From NCBI GenBank assembly GCA_028290245.1, contig JAQGKG010000164.1, positions 1-46,998 on the forward strand: DNA of 46,998 nt, read 5' to 3'. Positions 1 through 10,448 of the stretch are shown piece by piece. Below the pieces are notes generated by a model, which was given only the letters and a program-made list of their open reading frames with translations, was not told the origin of the DNA and did not search any database. Source of the DNA: Devosia sp. Lineage in GTDB: Bacteria > Pseudomonadota > Alphaproteobacteria > Rhizobiales > Devosiaceae. A program made the translations under genes and the position numbers. How positions within the stretch are numbered: the first letter of the stretch is position 1; each line of letters starts with the position of its first letter.

Positions 1-54
1 TCCGAGATCGAGACCATTATGGGCGTCAACGCTAATCAGGCTGTCGGCTTCTAA
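1..54 (+). CDS. 3' end of an unidentified gene running in from the left edge (...SEIETIMGVNANQAVGF*)
   Basis: Open frame with coding-like codons ending TAA at 52-54, followed by a terminator hairpin; too short to assign. Confidence 0.55.
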   Translation, partial: SEIETIMGVNANQAVGF

Positions 55-77
55 TACCATCTTAGCTGTGAGCTCTC

Positions 78-110
78 AGGCGCGTCAGAAATGGCGCGCC
101 TTTCGCTTTT
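78..110 (+). terminator. Intrinsic terminator
   Basis: Stem AGGCGCGTCA / loop GAAA / TGGCGCGCCT followed by TTCGCTTTT. Confidence 0.75.
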
Positions 111-275
111 GTGGTCGGATGACGAGCGCCGCGTTGGCCCTGCGAGAACTTCCGGTTGGACCAAAATTTTTGTGATCAGTCGGCGCGCCAAGCATATTTC
201 GCGCCAACCCTGCGATCTGCCAAAATATTTCTAGCGTAATTACTTGCAGTATTACTTGAAGGGAGACTTTGGGCT

Positions 276-358
276 GACTCTCTTGTCTGAATCGAAGACT
301 CTAGCCGAATGAATCAAGATTCAAGAAATTCGGCGACTTGTTGCGATGACTCAGAGTC
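276..358. promoter_or_regulatory. Cluster of seven GANTC (CcrM methylation) sites upstream of the che operon
   Basis: GANTC at 276, 289, 297, 311, 318, 348 and 354; two pairs form perfect palindromes (TGAATC-AA-GATTCA, TGACTC-A-GAGTCA). Confidence 0.7.
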
Positions 359-418
359 AAAGCAAGAATATTTTGCCGGAAATTCAAGGATATAAATGCG
401 TGGCGGAAATAAGGCGTA

Positions 419-433
419 GTAAGGCGGCCTTAA
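419..433. promoter_or_regulatory. CtrA-like box
   Basis: GTAA-N7-TTAA, one mismatch to TTAA-N7-TTAA, upstream of a chemotaxis operon. Confidence 0.5.
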
Positions 434-618
434 TCAACTTCCGTTACGGATTGTAATGCATCGGATGGGAATACGATGTGCGAAGTCGAAGTAGTAAACA
501 GCGTCTGAACGAGCCTTTGCGGTCTGGCAACAGACTGTCTTCGGGCCGCGTTCTAATCCATCCATCGGTAGCGTAACATTATGTACTGCGTATTGTGCTT
601 TTGGGCTCGGTCATAGCC

Positions 619-966
619 ATGACCAGAGATAGCACCCATGTTGTCGAAATTACCGGCGATGCCGGCTTGCGGGCGGCCCAGGATCTAGCCGTTACACTGC
701 GACAGGCCATCGCCACGCAAGATGAAGTCGCCATCGCGACGGACGCCATCACCAGCGCCGATATCACCACCATTCAACTTCTTCTGGCCGCCAGCAAAAT
801 GGCGAAGGCATCGGGCAAGTCATTGCGCCTCACCGCGCCGCCTAAGGGCGTGCTGCGCGAGTTGCTGACGCAGACCGGGTTCCTCGATGCCGAGGGCCGG
901 GCACTGACACCAGACGGCGATCTCTGGACCCCATCACCATCACAAGCCAAGGGCAAGGCAGCATGA
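619..966 (+). CDS. STAS-domain protein of the chemosensory operon
   Basis: STAS_2-like signature (ITSADITTIQLLLAASK...GKSLRL); first gene of the operon, ATGA overlap with cheY. Start taken at ATG 619. Confidence 0.8.
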   Translation: MTRDSTHVVEITGDAGLRAAQDLAVTLRQAIATQDEVAIATDAITSADITTIQLLLAASKMAKASGKSLRLTAPPKGVLRELLTQTGFLDAEGRALTPDGDLWTPSPSQAKGKAA

Positions 967-1331
967 GCAAGACCATCCTCACCATCGATGATTCAGCCTC
1001 CATCCGTCAGATGGTTTCGATGACGCTGACCAGCGCCGGGCTTGACGTCATCGAGGCCATCAACGGCTCCGACGGCTACGACAAGGCGATCTCCAACACA
1101 ATTCATGCGGTGATCACCGATCTGAACATGCCGGTGATGAACGGCATCGAGTTTGTCCGGAAGTATCGCCAGCATCCATCGAGCAAGGGCATTCCGATCA
1201 TCCTGCTGACCACCGAGTCCGACGACGAACTCAAACGTCAGGCCAAAGAGGCCGGCGCTACCGGATGGATCGTCAAGCCGTTCAAGCAGGACCAGTTGCT
1301 GTCGGTGATCAAGAAGGTCACGGGAGCATGA
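963..1331 (+). CDS. cheY: Chemotaxis response regulator CheY
   Basis: Stand-alone receiver: IDDS, TDLNMP (phospho-Asp), LTTE, GWIVKPF. Confidence 0.95.
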   Translation: MSKTILTIDDSASIRQMVSMTLTSAGLDVIEAINGSDGYDKAISNTIHAVITDLNMPVMNGIEFVRKYRQHPSSKGIPIILLTTESDDELKRQAKEAGATGWIVKPFKQDQLLSVIKKVTGA

Positions 1332-3370
1332 GCTTCCCAGATCCAACCGAGACATTCCGCCAAGAAGCCCGCGAACTGCTTGAACAGCTTGAACTGGGTC
1401 TGCTTGACCTGGAACAGAATCCGGCAAACGACGACCTGATCAATTCCACCTTCCGCGCCCTCCATACCATCAAGGGTTCCGGCGCGATGTTCGGCTTCAC
1501 CGCAGTTGCCGCCTTCGTGCATGAGTTCGAGACCGCCTTCGATCAGGTGCGTAAAGGCCAGTCTCCGGCAACTCCCGCGCTGATCGCCGTGGCGCTCGAT
1601 GCCAAAGACCATATTCATAAGCTGATCGAAGAGCCCGATGAGCCCCACGACGGTGGCGAGGCGATCCTTGAAGCACTTCGTGTCGTCATTGCTGGCGGTG
1701 CTGGCGTCGAACTTCTGCTCGACGAGGTTCCGGCGCCGGCTGCGCCTGTTGCCCAAGTAGCTCCGGCTGCCGCAGGAGAGAGTCCCTGGCGCATCCGCTT
1801 CCGTCTGCCGGGTGACTCGCTGGTCTACGGCACCAATCCGCTGCTGCTGATCGAGGAAGTTCGCGCGCTGGGTCCATGCACTGTCGTGGCACTCACCGAC
1901 ACCATTCCCTCGCTCGATGTGATCGACCCGGAGGTCCCTTATGTCGGTTGGCAGATCGACATGGTGGCTGAGGATCCACGCGAAGCCATCGACGATGTCT
2001 TCCTCTTCCTCAAGGATGGCATGGAGTTATCGGTCGAGCCACTGGCGGAAGCGGTGGTCGTACCAGCATCCGAGCCTGTCGCCGAAGTCGTTGCGGCAGT
2101 GGAACTACCCGCTGCAGTAGTCGTGGCCAAGGCCGCGCCGGAACCAGTTGCGAAAACCAAGGTCGCCAAGGTTGCTGATAAGGAGCCTGCGCCAGTGGCG
2201 TCCTCCTCGATGCGCGTCGATGCTGAACGTCTCGACGAGCTGATGGATCGCGTTGGTGAACTGGTGATCGCCCAGGCCCGCCTGACCCAGATCGCCAATA
2301 TGAGCAGCGACGGCAACCTCAAGACCATCGCCGAGGAGTTGGAACGCCTGAGCTCGGGTCTGCGCGACACCACAATGGGTATCCGCATGGTGCCGATCGG
2401 CACGCTGTTCGGTCGTTTCCGCCGCCTGATCCACGATCTGTCGCGCGATCTAGGCAAGGAAATCGAGTTTGTCACCACTGGTGAAGACACCGAGCTCGAC
2501 AAGACCATGATCGAGCGCCTTGCCGATCCGCTAGTCCACTTGATCCGCAACTCGGTGGACCATGGCCTTGAAAGTGCTGACAAGCGCCTTGCTGCCGGCA
2601 AGGACGCCAAGGGCACGGTTCGTCTCTCCGCCGTCTATGCGGGTGCCGAAGTAATGATTTCGGTGACCGATGATGGCGCCGGACTCAATGCCGCACGCAT
2701 CCGCGCCAAGGCTGAAGAGAACGGCATTATCACCGCCGAGCAGAAGCTCACCGAGCAGGAACTCAACCACCTGATCTTCGCGCCGGGCTTCTCGACCGCC
2801 AAGGAAGTCACCTCGCTGTCAGGGCGTGGCGTCGGCATGGATGTGGTCAAGCGGACCATCGACAGCCTGCGTGGCAGTATCGATGTCTTGACCAAGCCGG
2901 GGCGGGGCTCGACAATGACTCTGCGCCTGCCGCTGACGCTGGCCATCATCGACGGCATGCTCGTGCGGGTCGGCAACGGCCGCTACACCATACCCTTGGC
3001 GGCGGTGGAGGAATGCGTCGAACTGCCCGATGGCGTCGAGGCCAATGCGCGTGGCCGCAACTTCCTCGACATTCGCGGCAGCCTCGTCCCCTTCCTGCGG
3101 ATGCGCGAGGTGTTCGGCACCAAGGCGCCGATCGAGCCACACCAGAAAGTGGTCATCGTCTCGTCCGGCGAAGGTCGTGTTGGTCTCGTGGTCGATCAGA
3201 TCATCGGCAACAACCAGACGGTCATCAAGCAACTGAGCAAGCTGCATTCGGGCATCAAGTCCTTCTCGGGCGCCACCATTCTTGGTGATGGCACTGTGGC
3301 GCTGATCCTCGACACAGCCCATCTCGTGGCCTTCGGCCAAACCTATGTCGATCAGGGGAGAGCCGCATGA
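1328..3370 (+). CDS. cheA: Chemotaxis histidine kinase CheA
   Basis: Hpt [11 protein letters not shown]2-like domain, dimerisation [40 protein letters not shown]-terminal CheW domain. Start ATG 1328 overlaps the cheY stop. Confidence 0.96.
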   Translation: MSFPDPTETFRQEARELLEQLELGLLDLEQNPANDDLINSTFRALHTIKGSGAMFGFTAVAAFVHEFETAFDQVRKGQSPATPALIAVALDAKDHIHKLIEEPDEPHDGGEAILEALRVVIAGGAGVELLLDEVPAPAAPVAQVAPAAAGESPWRIRFRLPGDSLVYGTNPLLLIEEVRALGPCTVVALTDTIPSLDVIDPEVPYVGWQIDMVAEDPREAIDDVFLFLKDGMELSVEPLAEAVVVPASEPVAEVVAAVELPAAVVVAKAAPEPVAKTKVAKVADKEPAPVASSSMRVDAERLDELMDRVGELVIAQARLTQIANMSSDGNLKTIAEELERLSSGLRDTTMGIRMVPIGTLFGRFRRLIHDLSRDLGKEIEFVTTGEDTELDKTMIERLADPLVHLIRNSVDHGLESADKRLAAGKDAKGTVRLSAVYAGAEVMISVTDDGAGLNAARIRAKAEENGIITAEQKLTEQELNHLIFAPGFSTAKEVTSLSGRGVGMDVVKRTIDSLRGSIDVLTKPGRGSTMTLRLPLTLAIIDGMLVRVGNGRYTIPLAAVEECVELPDGVEANARGRNFLDIRGSLVPFLRMREVFGTKAPIEPHQKVVIVSSGEGRVGLVVDQIIGNNQTVIKQLSKLHSGIKSFSGATILGDGTVALILDTAHLVAFGQTYVDQGRAA

Positions 3371-3867
3371 GCAGTGCACCACAGGCACCGATGAAGGCGC
3401 TCACGCTGCGATTGCAGGACGAGTTGTTCGCCGTCGAAGCAGGCAGCGTCCGCGAAATCCTCGATCTGGTCCCGATCACCGAAGTGCCCAATGCCCCCGA
3501 GTTCGTTGCTGGCTTGATCAACGTGCGTGGCCGCGTCGTGCCCCTGGCCGATCTCCGCGTCATGTTCGGCATGGATCGGCCGGAGCCGAACCAGGACACC
3601 CGCATCGTCGTCATGGAAATCGACATCGACGGCGAGCCCACCATTGCCGGCATTTTGGCCGACAAAGTCCACGACGTCACAGACATCGAAGCGGCCTCCA
3701 TCGAGGACGCTCCCAAGGTCGGCATGCGCTGGCGCCCCGAATTCATCAAGGGCATCGGCAAGCGCAATGGCGGCTTCATCATCATCCCCAACCTAGGGCG
3801 AATTTTCGAAACACAGGGCGCCAGAACGGCGTCCCCAGCAGCATCAGAAGAGAGGTCTGCATCGTGA
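3367..3867 (+). CDS. cheW: CheW coupling protein
   Basis: VREIL...[27 protein letters not shown] CheW motif. Confidence 0.95.
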   Translation: MSSAPQAPMKALTLRLQDELFAVEAGSVREILDLVPITEVPNAPEFVAGLINVRGRVVPLADLRVMFGMDRPEPNQDTRIVVMEIDIDGEPTIAGILADKVHDVTDIEAASIEDAPKVGMRWRPEFIKGIGKRNGGFIIIPNLGRIFETQGARTASPAASEERSAS

Positions 3868-5969
3868 GACTGACTATCAAGACCAAACTGGCCGCGGTGT
3901 TCACCGTCGTCGTCGCGCTATCTGGCGTCAGCATGTTCCTGGCGATCCAGAGCCTAGGCAAGCTCAATGAATCGCTCGGCGACATCGTCGACGTTCGCGC
4001 TGCCAATACCATCACCATGGGCGAGATGCAGACTTCGCTCGAAAGCGTCGGTTCGCGCCTCCGTGCGATGATCCTCACCGAGGATCCCGTCGTGATGGAA
4101 GACTATGTCGGCAAGATCAACTCTGACATCGCGGAAGTTTCCGCTTCTGCTGCAAAGCTGAGCGAAAACCTGAACGATCCGGAAGTACGCGAGCAGTTCG
4201 CTCAGTTCCAGGCGAAGTTCTCCACCTACCAGGCCATGGTGCCCCAGGTGATGGAACTGACCCAGCAAAACAGCGACGTCACTGCGCTTGCCATCTCTCG
4301 CTCCGAAGGCAGCGATGCCCTGGGCGGCGTCGAAGAAGCCATGACCGCGCTTGAAGCGGCACTGAGTTCCCGCGCAATGGCGGGCGAGCCGGGCGCCTTT
4401 GCCGCCTACCAGGCAACGGCCAACGCCTACATGACCATGACCGACATCTTCCGCCAGCAGCGCAATATTCTGCTCGCATCGGGCGATCCGGAACTGCAGG
4501 AAAAGTGGCACGCTGACTATCAGGCTGGCCTTGTGAGCATTGAAGAAGCGATGCCAGCACTTCAGCGCACCATCCCGGGCTCCGATATAGGCCTCTATAA
4601 CGCCGTCAAGACCGCCTATGCCGGTCTGGTTACCGCTATGGACAATGCCGTCGATGTTGCCGTCACCAAGTCCGACTACAACGCCGGTGTGCTCGCCGAC
4701 GAGGCTGCCAATGTGCGCCGCGACGCAGATGGTGTGCTGAATCTGATGATCGAGCGCAACAAGACGTTGCTGCAGGACGCTGACGTAGAAGCCGACGCGC
4801 TGTACAACTCGTCGTTGACGATGCTGATCGCCCTGCTAGCCGGCTCGGTGATCATCGCTGCCGTTGCTGCAACCTGGATCGTGATGTCGATCTCCAAGGC
4901 CCTGTCCAGCGCCGTTCGCCTCGCCAATGAAGTTGCAGATGGTAATCTCAGCGCCACGGCCTCGGTCAAGGGTGATGACGAAATCAAGGACCTGATCGAC
5001 GCACTCAACGGCATGACCCGCAAGCTGCGTGAAGTAGTGAGCGAAGTTACCGCCGCGACACGTAACGTTGCTGCCGGTAGCCAGGAAATGTCGGCAACTG
5101 CCGAACAGCTGAGCCAGGGTGCGACCGAACAGGCCTCATCGACCGAAGAGGCCTCGGCCTCGATGGAAGAAATGGCTTCGACGATCAAGCAGTCGGCAGA
5201 CAACGCCAGCCAGACCGAGAAGATCGCCCGCCAGTCTGCGGCAGATGCGATTGCTTCCGGGGAAGCGGTCAACAACGCTGTCGCCGCCATGCAGACCATC
5301 GCCGAAAAGATCATGGTGGTGCAGGAAATCGCCCGTCAGACCGACCTGCTCGCCCTTAACGCTGCGGTGGAAGCCGCTCGTGCCGGCGAACATGGCCGCG
5401 GCTTTGCCGTGGTTGCCTCCGAAGTGCGCAAGCTCGCCGAACGCAGCCAGGCTGCCGCCGCCGAAATCTCGACGCTTTCGGGCACCACGGTCAAGGCTGC
5501 CCAGTCCGCCGGCGACATGCTGGCCAAGCTGGTCCCCGACATCCAGCGCACGGCTGAACTGGTGGAAGAGATTTCCGCCGGCAGCCGTGAGCAGAATGCC
5601 GGTGCCGCCCAGATCAACACGGCCATCCAGCAGCTCGACAAGGTAACCCAGCAGAACACTTCGGCCGCCGAAGAAATGTCGGCGACCTCCGAGGAACTGG
5701 CCAGCCAGGCCGAACAGCTGCAGTCCGCCATCAGCTACTTCCGCATCGACGGTCGTGCCGAACAGGCCTCTGCCGCACCGGTTCAGGCCAAAGCAAAGTC
5801 CAAGGGCAAGGCACCTGCCAGCCGCGATCTGCGTGAAGCCATCATGGCCAGCGCACCCCATGTAGCGATCCGCAAGCCGGCCAAGTCGAACGGTGGCGGC
5901 TTCGACCTCGACATGGACGACGGTCACGATGAACTCGACGGCGACTTCACGCGGCGCAGCGCTGCCTGA
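3864..5969 (+). CDS. Methyl-accepting chemotaxis protein with large all-helical periplasmic sensor
   Basis: GTG 3864 after GAGG; two TM segments, HAMP, signalling core [40 protein letters not shown]. The ORF-track extension to 3345 is spurious. Confidence 0.93.
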   Translation: MRLTIKTKLAAVFTVVVALSGVSMFLAIQSLGKLNESLGDIVDVRAANTITMGEMQTSLESVGSRLRAMILTEDPVVMEDYVGKINSDIAEVSASAAKLSENLNDPEVREQFAQFQAKFSTYQAMVPQVMELTQQNSDVTALAISRSEGSDALGGVEEAMTALEAALSSRAMAGEPGAFAAYQATANAYMTMTDIFRQQRNILLASGDPELQEKWHADYQAGLVSIEEAMPALQRTIPGSDIGLYNAVKTAYAGLVTAMDNAVDVAVTKSDYNAGVLADEAANVRRDADGVLNLMIERNKTLLQDADVEADALYNSSLTMLIALLAGSVIIAAVAATWIVMSISKALSSAVRLANEVADGNLSATASVKGDDEIKDLIDALNGMTRKLREVVSEVTAATRNVAAGSQEMSATAEQLSQGATEQASSTEEASASMEEMASTIKQSADNASQTEKIARQSAADAIASGEAVNNAVAAMQTIAEKIMVVQEIARQTDLLALNAAVEAARAGEHGRGFAVVASEVRKLAERSQAAAAEISTLSGTTVKAAQSAGDMLAKLVPDIQRTAELVEEISAGSREQNAGAAQINTAIQQLDKVTQQNTSAAEEMSATSEELASQAEQLQSAISYFRIDGRAEQASAAPVQAKAKSKGKAPASRDLREAIMASAPHVAIRKPAKSNGGGFDLDMDDGHDELDGDFTRRSAA
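5064..5750 (+). repeat. Copy 1 of the duplicated MCP signalling-domain sequence
   Basis: Colinear, same-length (687 bp) match to 6996-7682 with long identical runs. Confidence 0.85.
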
Positions 5970-5982
5970 TTAAACATCTAAA

Positions 5983-6009
5983 ACGCCGTCGGCATCACGC
6001 TGGCGGCGT
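5983..6009 (+). other. Intergenic stem-loop between the two MCP genes
   Basis: ACGCCGTCGGC / ATCAC / GCTGGCGGCGT with G-U pairs and no U-tract. Confidence 0.5.
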
Positions 6010-6047
6010 CGGACTCCCACGTCCACAATCCTCCAGGGATACCTTAA

Positions 6048-7892
6048 ATGACCTCCGCCAGCGTCCGTCGCTCGAAATTCAGCAGCATCTCCGCTAAAAT
6101 CCTGATCGTGCAATTGCTCTCGGCCTTTTCGATCGCGCTCATCGTCGGCGGCATGGGCTACTACGGCATGAGCCAGATGGCTGCTCAGATGAACTCGATC
6201 TATGACGATCGGGTTGTTCCGCTACAGCAGCTCAAAACCGTCTCCGACGTATTCTTCGCCGATATCGTCGGCACTGCCCAAAAGGTCGCTAACGGTACTA
6301 TGAGCTGGTCTGACGGCGGCACCACGCTTGAAAACGGCCGTGGCACTGTCGAAAGCAGCTGGAATGCCTATTTATCGACCGAGATGACTGACGAGGAATT
6401 GGTCCTGGTCGAAAAGGTCAAGACTGCGCTGGTCGGTGCAGATGCCGCTCTAGGAAAGCTGCAAGGGCTGGTTGAAGCGCAAAATATGATGGGCCTGCAG
6501 CAATTCGTGGACACCGACCTCTACGCGGCCACCGACCCGGTTGATGCCAGCGTCGATGCTCTAAGCTCGTATCAACTTGTTGCCGCCGAGTCGCTGCGTA
6601 CCGATGGTCGGTCCCTATTCAACTTCTTGACTTTGATGATAGTTGGCGCCGCCGTACTGGTCACCGTGATCGCTATCGTCGTGGTGCTAGTCGTTACTTC
6701 GGCCATCAAACGCAACCTCTCGGCTGCCATCGCCCTGGCTAACGCTGTTGCCATCGGCGACGTGAATGCCACAGCGACTGTGACGTCCAATGATGAAGTC
6801 AAGGATCTCGTCGACGCGCTCAACACGATGACGCAGAACCTGCGCACCACCGCAGGCGTTGCCGACCAGATCGCGAATGGTGACCTTACAGTGCAAGCCG
6901 TCGCACTATCCGACAAGGATACGCTGGGTCTGGCGTTAGTCCGCATGCTCGATAAGCTGCGCGAAGTCATTGGTGACGCGCGGCAGGCCGCCAACAACGT
7001 CGCAGCCGGAAGCCAAGAAATGTCGGCAACTGCCGAACAGCTTAGCCAGGGTGCGACCGAGCAGGCTTCGTCGACTGAAGAGGCTTCCGCTTCGATGGAA
7101 GAAATGGCTGCTACCATCAAGCAGTCGGCCGAAAATGCTACCCAGACCGAAAAGATCGCCCGCCAGTCTGCGGCCGACGCCATCTCTTCGGGCGAAGCCG
7201 TGAACAACGCTGTCGCCGCCATGCAGACCATCGCCGAAAAGATTATGGTCGTGCAGGAAATCGCCCGCCAGACCGACCTGCTCGCCCTTAACGCCGCGGT
7301 GGAAGCCGCTCGTGCCGGCGAACATGGCCGCGGTTTTGCGGTCGTGGCATCCGAAGTGCGCAAGCTCGCCGAACGCAGCCAGGCTGCAGCCGCCGAGATC
7401 TCGATGCTCTCCGGCACCACGGTAAAGGCTGCCCAGTCCGCTGGCGCAATGCTCAGCAAACTGGTCCCTGACATCCAGCGCACGGCTGAACTGGTGGAAG
7501 AAATCTCCGCCGGCAGCCGCGAGCAGAATGCCGGTGCAGCCCAGATCAACACCGCGATCCAGCAACTCGACAAGGTCACACAGCAGAACACGTCCGCAGC
7601 TGAACAGATGTCGGCGACGTCCGAGGAACTGGCCAGCCAGGCCGAGCAGCTGCAGAACGCAATCAGCTACTTCCGCATCGATGCACGTCAGCAGCCAAAG
7701 GTCGTCGCACTGGCTCAGGCCAAGTCCCGGCCAACCCGTGGCGGTCTACGTGATGCGATCATGGCCGGCGCGCCGCAGATGAGTGAATCCAAGCACGTTG
7801 GTCGGTCTAGCAATGGCGGCGGCTTCGACCTCGACCTTGATGACGGCCACGACGCTCTCGACGGCGAATTCAGCCGCCGCGGCGCGGCTTAA
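6048..7892 (+). CDS. Methyl-accepting chemotaxis protein with four-helix-bundle sensor
   Basis: TM1, 4HB_MCP-type motif [15 protein letters not shown]2, HAMP region, conserved signalling domain. Confidence 0.93.
   Translation: MTSASVRRSKFSSISAKILIVQLLSAFSIALIVGGMGYYGMSQMAAQMNSIYDDRVVPLQQLKTVSDVFFADIVGTAQKVANGTMSWSDGGTTLENGRGTVESSWNAYLSTEMTDEELVLVEKVKTALVGADAALGKLQGLVEAQNMMGLQQFVDTDLYAATDPVDASVDALSSYQLVAAESLRTDGRSLFNFLTLMIVGAAVLVTVIAIVVVLVVTSAIKRNLSAAIALANAVAIGDVNATATVTSNDEVKDLVDALNTMTQNLRTTAGVADQIANGDLTVQAVALSDKDTLGLALVRMLDKLREVIGDARQAANNVAAGSQEMSATAEQLSQGATEQASSTEEASASMEEMAATIKQSAENATQTEKIARQSAADAISSGEAVNNAVAAMQTIAEKIMVVQEIARQTDLLALNAAVEAARAGEHGRGFAVVASEVRKLAERSQAAAAEISMLSGTTVKAAQSAGAMLSKLVPDIQRTAELVEEISAGSREQNAGAAQINTAIQQLDKVTQQNTSAAEQMSATSEELASQAEQLQNAISYFRIDARQQPKVVALAQAKSRPTRGGLRDAIMAGAPQMSESKHVGRSSNGGGFDLDLDDGHDALDGEFSRRGAA
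6996..7682 (+). repeat. Copy 2 of the duplicated MCP signalling-domain sequence
   Basis: Matches 5064-5750. Confidence 0.85.
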
Positions 7893-7902
7893 GGAGCAAA
7901 CC

Positions 7903-8364
7903 ATGGCTGAACGAGCCCAATACGTTACCCTGGGTGTAGCGGACGAACTGTTCGCGGTACCCGTCGAAAAGGTGCAGGAAATCCTGGACATGCGGCCTAT
8001 CGCTCGGCTGCCCCAGGCGCCTGACAACCTGCTTGGCATGATCGATGTTCGGGGGCAGGGCATTCCGGTGGTCGATCTGCGTCTGACGCTCGGCCTGCCA
8101 TCGGCGCCTGATAACGAGAACACCCGCATCATCGTCCTGACCCTTGCGGGCCAGGATGGCGACCTGCGGCTCGGTCTGCGCGCCGACCGGGTATTCGAGG
8201 TAACCATCCTCGACGAGGACGACCTCGATCCGCCACCAGCGGTCGGTGGTGCCTGGTCAGGCCACTGCATTGCCGGCCTCGGCCGTCGCAATGGCCGCTT
8301 CGTGACGGTGCTCGATCTTGAGCGCCTGCTCGGCGAAGTCGAAACCATCACCCAGGCTGCCTGA
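7903..8364 (+). CDS. cheW: Second CheW
   Basis: AAGGAG RBS, ATG 7903; VQEIL...LPQAPDNLLGMIDVRGQGIPVVDL. Confidence 0.93.
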   Translation: MAERAQYVTLGVADELFAVPVEKVQEILDMRPIARLPQAPDNLLGMIDVRGQGIPVVDLRLTLGLPSAPDNENTRIIVLTLAGQDGDLRLGLRADRVFEVTILDEDDLDPPPAVGGAWSGHCIAGLGRRNGRFVTVLDLERLLGEVETITQAA

Positions 8365-8431
8365 ACCCAATCGGCACGCGATCCCAACGATCGCGTGCCG
8401 CCCATCGGCCGGAGAGCGTCCCTTGCCCCCT

Positions 8432-9307
8432 ATGTCCAATTCTGCGTTTGCCCGCATCGAAAATACCGACGACGACCATCTTTCGGCGCGCGATTTCAAG
8501 CGCATTGCCGACATGATCGGCGAAGAAGTCGGCATCAAGCTGCCCCCCGGTAAGCGCCTGATGATCGAAGGCCGCCTGCGCAAGCGTGTCCGCGCGCTCG
8601 GCCTGCCGAGCCTTGATGCCTATAGCGCCTATCTGTTCCAGCCCGATGGAATGCGCGCCGAGCGGCCGCACCTGATCAACGCGGTCACTACCAACAAGAC
8701 CGACTTTTTCCGCGAGCCTGAGCATTTCGACCTGCTCGAACAAAAGCTCGTCCCCGACCTGATCGCACTGCGGCGTGGCGAACGGCAGCCGGTGCTCAAG
8801 ATATGGAGCGCCGCCAGCTCGACCGGCGCCGAGGCTTTCACGCTGGCCATGGTGCTGGCCGACCTGATGGCGCAGCGCAATGATTTCCGCTTCGCCATCC
8901 TTGGCACCGACATTTCGACGACGGTGCTGGAGCAGGGCGAACGCGCCGTCTATGCCACCGAACTGCTGGCCCCCGTGCCACCGGCCAAGGCGCAGCGCTA
9001 TCTGATGCATGCCCGCAAGCCAGGTGCTCGCGCCGAAGTGCGCATCGTGCCCGAATTGCGCCGCCTGGTGCGGTTTGCGCGGCTCAACCTGATGGACAAG
9101 ACCTATCCCTTCGACCGGGATGTTGACGTCATCTTTCTGCGCAATGTGTTGATCTATTTCGACAAGGCCGACCAGGAAAAGGTCATCCTGCGCCTCGTCG
9201 AGCATCTGCGCCCCGGCGGTTATCTTATTCTTGGGCATTCGGAGTCCATGATCGGGACTGCCGTGACCATGCGTCAGGTCGCGCCCGCAGTATTCCAGAA
9301 GGCCTGA
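8432..9307 (+). CDS. cheR: Chemotaxis methyltransferase CheR
   Basis: [48 protein letters not shown]. Start ATG 8432 or TTG 8423. Confidence 0.95.
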   Translation: MSNSAFARIENTDDDHLSARDFKRIADMIGEEVGIKLPPGKRLMIEGRLRKRVRALGLPSLDAYSAYLFQPDGMRAERPHLINAVTTNKTDFFREPEHFDLLEQKLVPDLIALRRGERQPVLKIWSAASSTGAEAFTLAMVLADLMAQRNDFRFAILGTDISTTVLEQGERAVYATELLAPVPPAKAQRYLMHARKPGARAEVRIVPELRRLVRFARLNLMDKTYPFDRDVDVIFLRNVLIYFDKADQEKVILRLVEHLRPGGYLILGHSESMIGTAVTMRQVAPAVFQKA

Positions 9308-9317
9308 AAGTTCTCCA

Positions 9318-10448
9318 ATGCCAGGCACCAGCCGCAAAATCCGCGTCCTGATCGTCGACGACAGCGCTTCAGTTCGCATGACGCTGAGCGAGATCATCGC
9401 CAGCGATCCCGACCTCGAAGTCATGGCCACGGCCGCCGACCCCTATGTCGCGGTCGAGCGCATCCGTCAGGAAGTGCCCGACGTGATGTTTCTCGATATC
9501 GAGATGCCGCGCATGGACGGGCTGACTTTCCTGCGCAAGATCATGAGCCAGCGGCCCATTCCAGTGGTGATCTGTTCGAGCCTTGCCGAAGCGGGTTCGG
9601 ATTCGCTGATGCAGGCGCTCGAAGCCGGTGCCGTCGATGTGGTGGCCAAGCCGCGCGTCGATACCACGGCGTTTTTGCAAGAATCGCGCATGCGCATCTG
9701 CAACGCGGCCAAGGCTGCTGCCCATGCCAAGTTCCGCGGCGTGAAGAAGGCGCCGCCACCACCGATCAACGTCGAGGCCAAGCTGACCGCCGACGCGATC
9801 CTGCCGCCATTTTCGGAGGCGCGCGCCGCGTCGGTAAAGGCAAAGCTGCCCGAAACCGACCCGATCATCTGCATCGGCGCCTCGACCGGTGGCACCGAGG
9901 CTCTGCGGGATGTACTCGAAAAGCTTCCGGCCAATAGCCCAGCTATCGTCATCGTGCAGCACATGCCGGAAAAGTTCACCAATGCCTTCGCCCGGCGTCT
10001 CAACACGCTGTGCGCCATCGAGGTCAAGGAAGCCGAAGACGGCGACGTGCTGCGGCCGGGCCTGGCGCTGATCGCCCCCGGCAACCAGCACATGGTGATC
10101 CATCGCGCCGGCAGCCGCTACACCGTCAATATCGTCGAAGGCCCACACGTCTCGCGCCATCGGCCATCGGTGGACGTGATGTTCCGCTCCGCCTCGCAGG
10201 TCGCTGGACGCAATGCCATGGGCATCATCCTGACCGGCATGGGCGACGACGGTGCGCGCGGGCTGCTCGAAATGCGTCAAGCCGGCAGCCACACGATTGC
10301 ACAGGACGAAGATAGCTGCGTGGTGTTTGGCATGCCCAAGGAAGCCATTCAACGCGGCGCCGCCGTCAAGATCGTGCCGCTCAACCGGGTGGCACAAGAG
10401 ATCGAAACCTACGCGCGCCTCGCGCCTCGCACGGGACAAACTTCATGA
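9318..10448 (+). CDS. cheB: Chemotaxis methylesterase CheB (receiver plus esterase)
   Basis: Receiver LDIEMP; catalytic GASTGG, VQHMP, GMGDDG; HRPSVD. Confidence 0.96.
   Translation: MPGTSRKIRVLIVDDSASVRMTLSEIIASDPDLEVMATAADPYVAVERIRQEVPDVMFLDIEMPRMDGLTFLRKIMSQRPIPVVICSSLAEAGSDSLMQALEAGAVDVVAKPRVDTTAFLQESRMRICNAAKAAAHAKFRGVKKAPPPPINVEAKLTADAILPPFSEARAASVKAKLPETDPIICIGASTGGTEALRDVLEKLPANSPAIVIVQHMPEKFTNAFARRLNTLCAIEVKEAEDGDVLRPGLALIAPGNQHMVIHRAGSRYTVNIVEGPHVSRHRPSVDVMFRSASQVAGRNAMGIILTGMGDDGARGLLEMRQAGSHTIAQDEDSCVVFGMPKEAIQRGAAVKIVPLNRVAQEIETYARLAPRTGQTS

Noticed and set aside
1-54. Partial ORF as CpdR or another receiver-domain C-terminus
   Set aside because: Only 17 residues are visible and the resemblance is too weak to name.
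400-545. Sigma54 promoter for the che operon (TGGC motifs)
   Set aside because: No TGC at the required -12 spacing.
3345-3863. 173 aa N-terminal extension of the first MCP in the ORF track
   Set aside because: It is an alternative frame of cheW; GTG 3864 has an RBS and precedes TM1.
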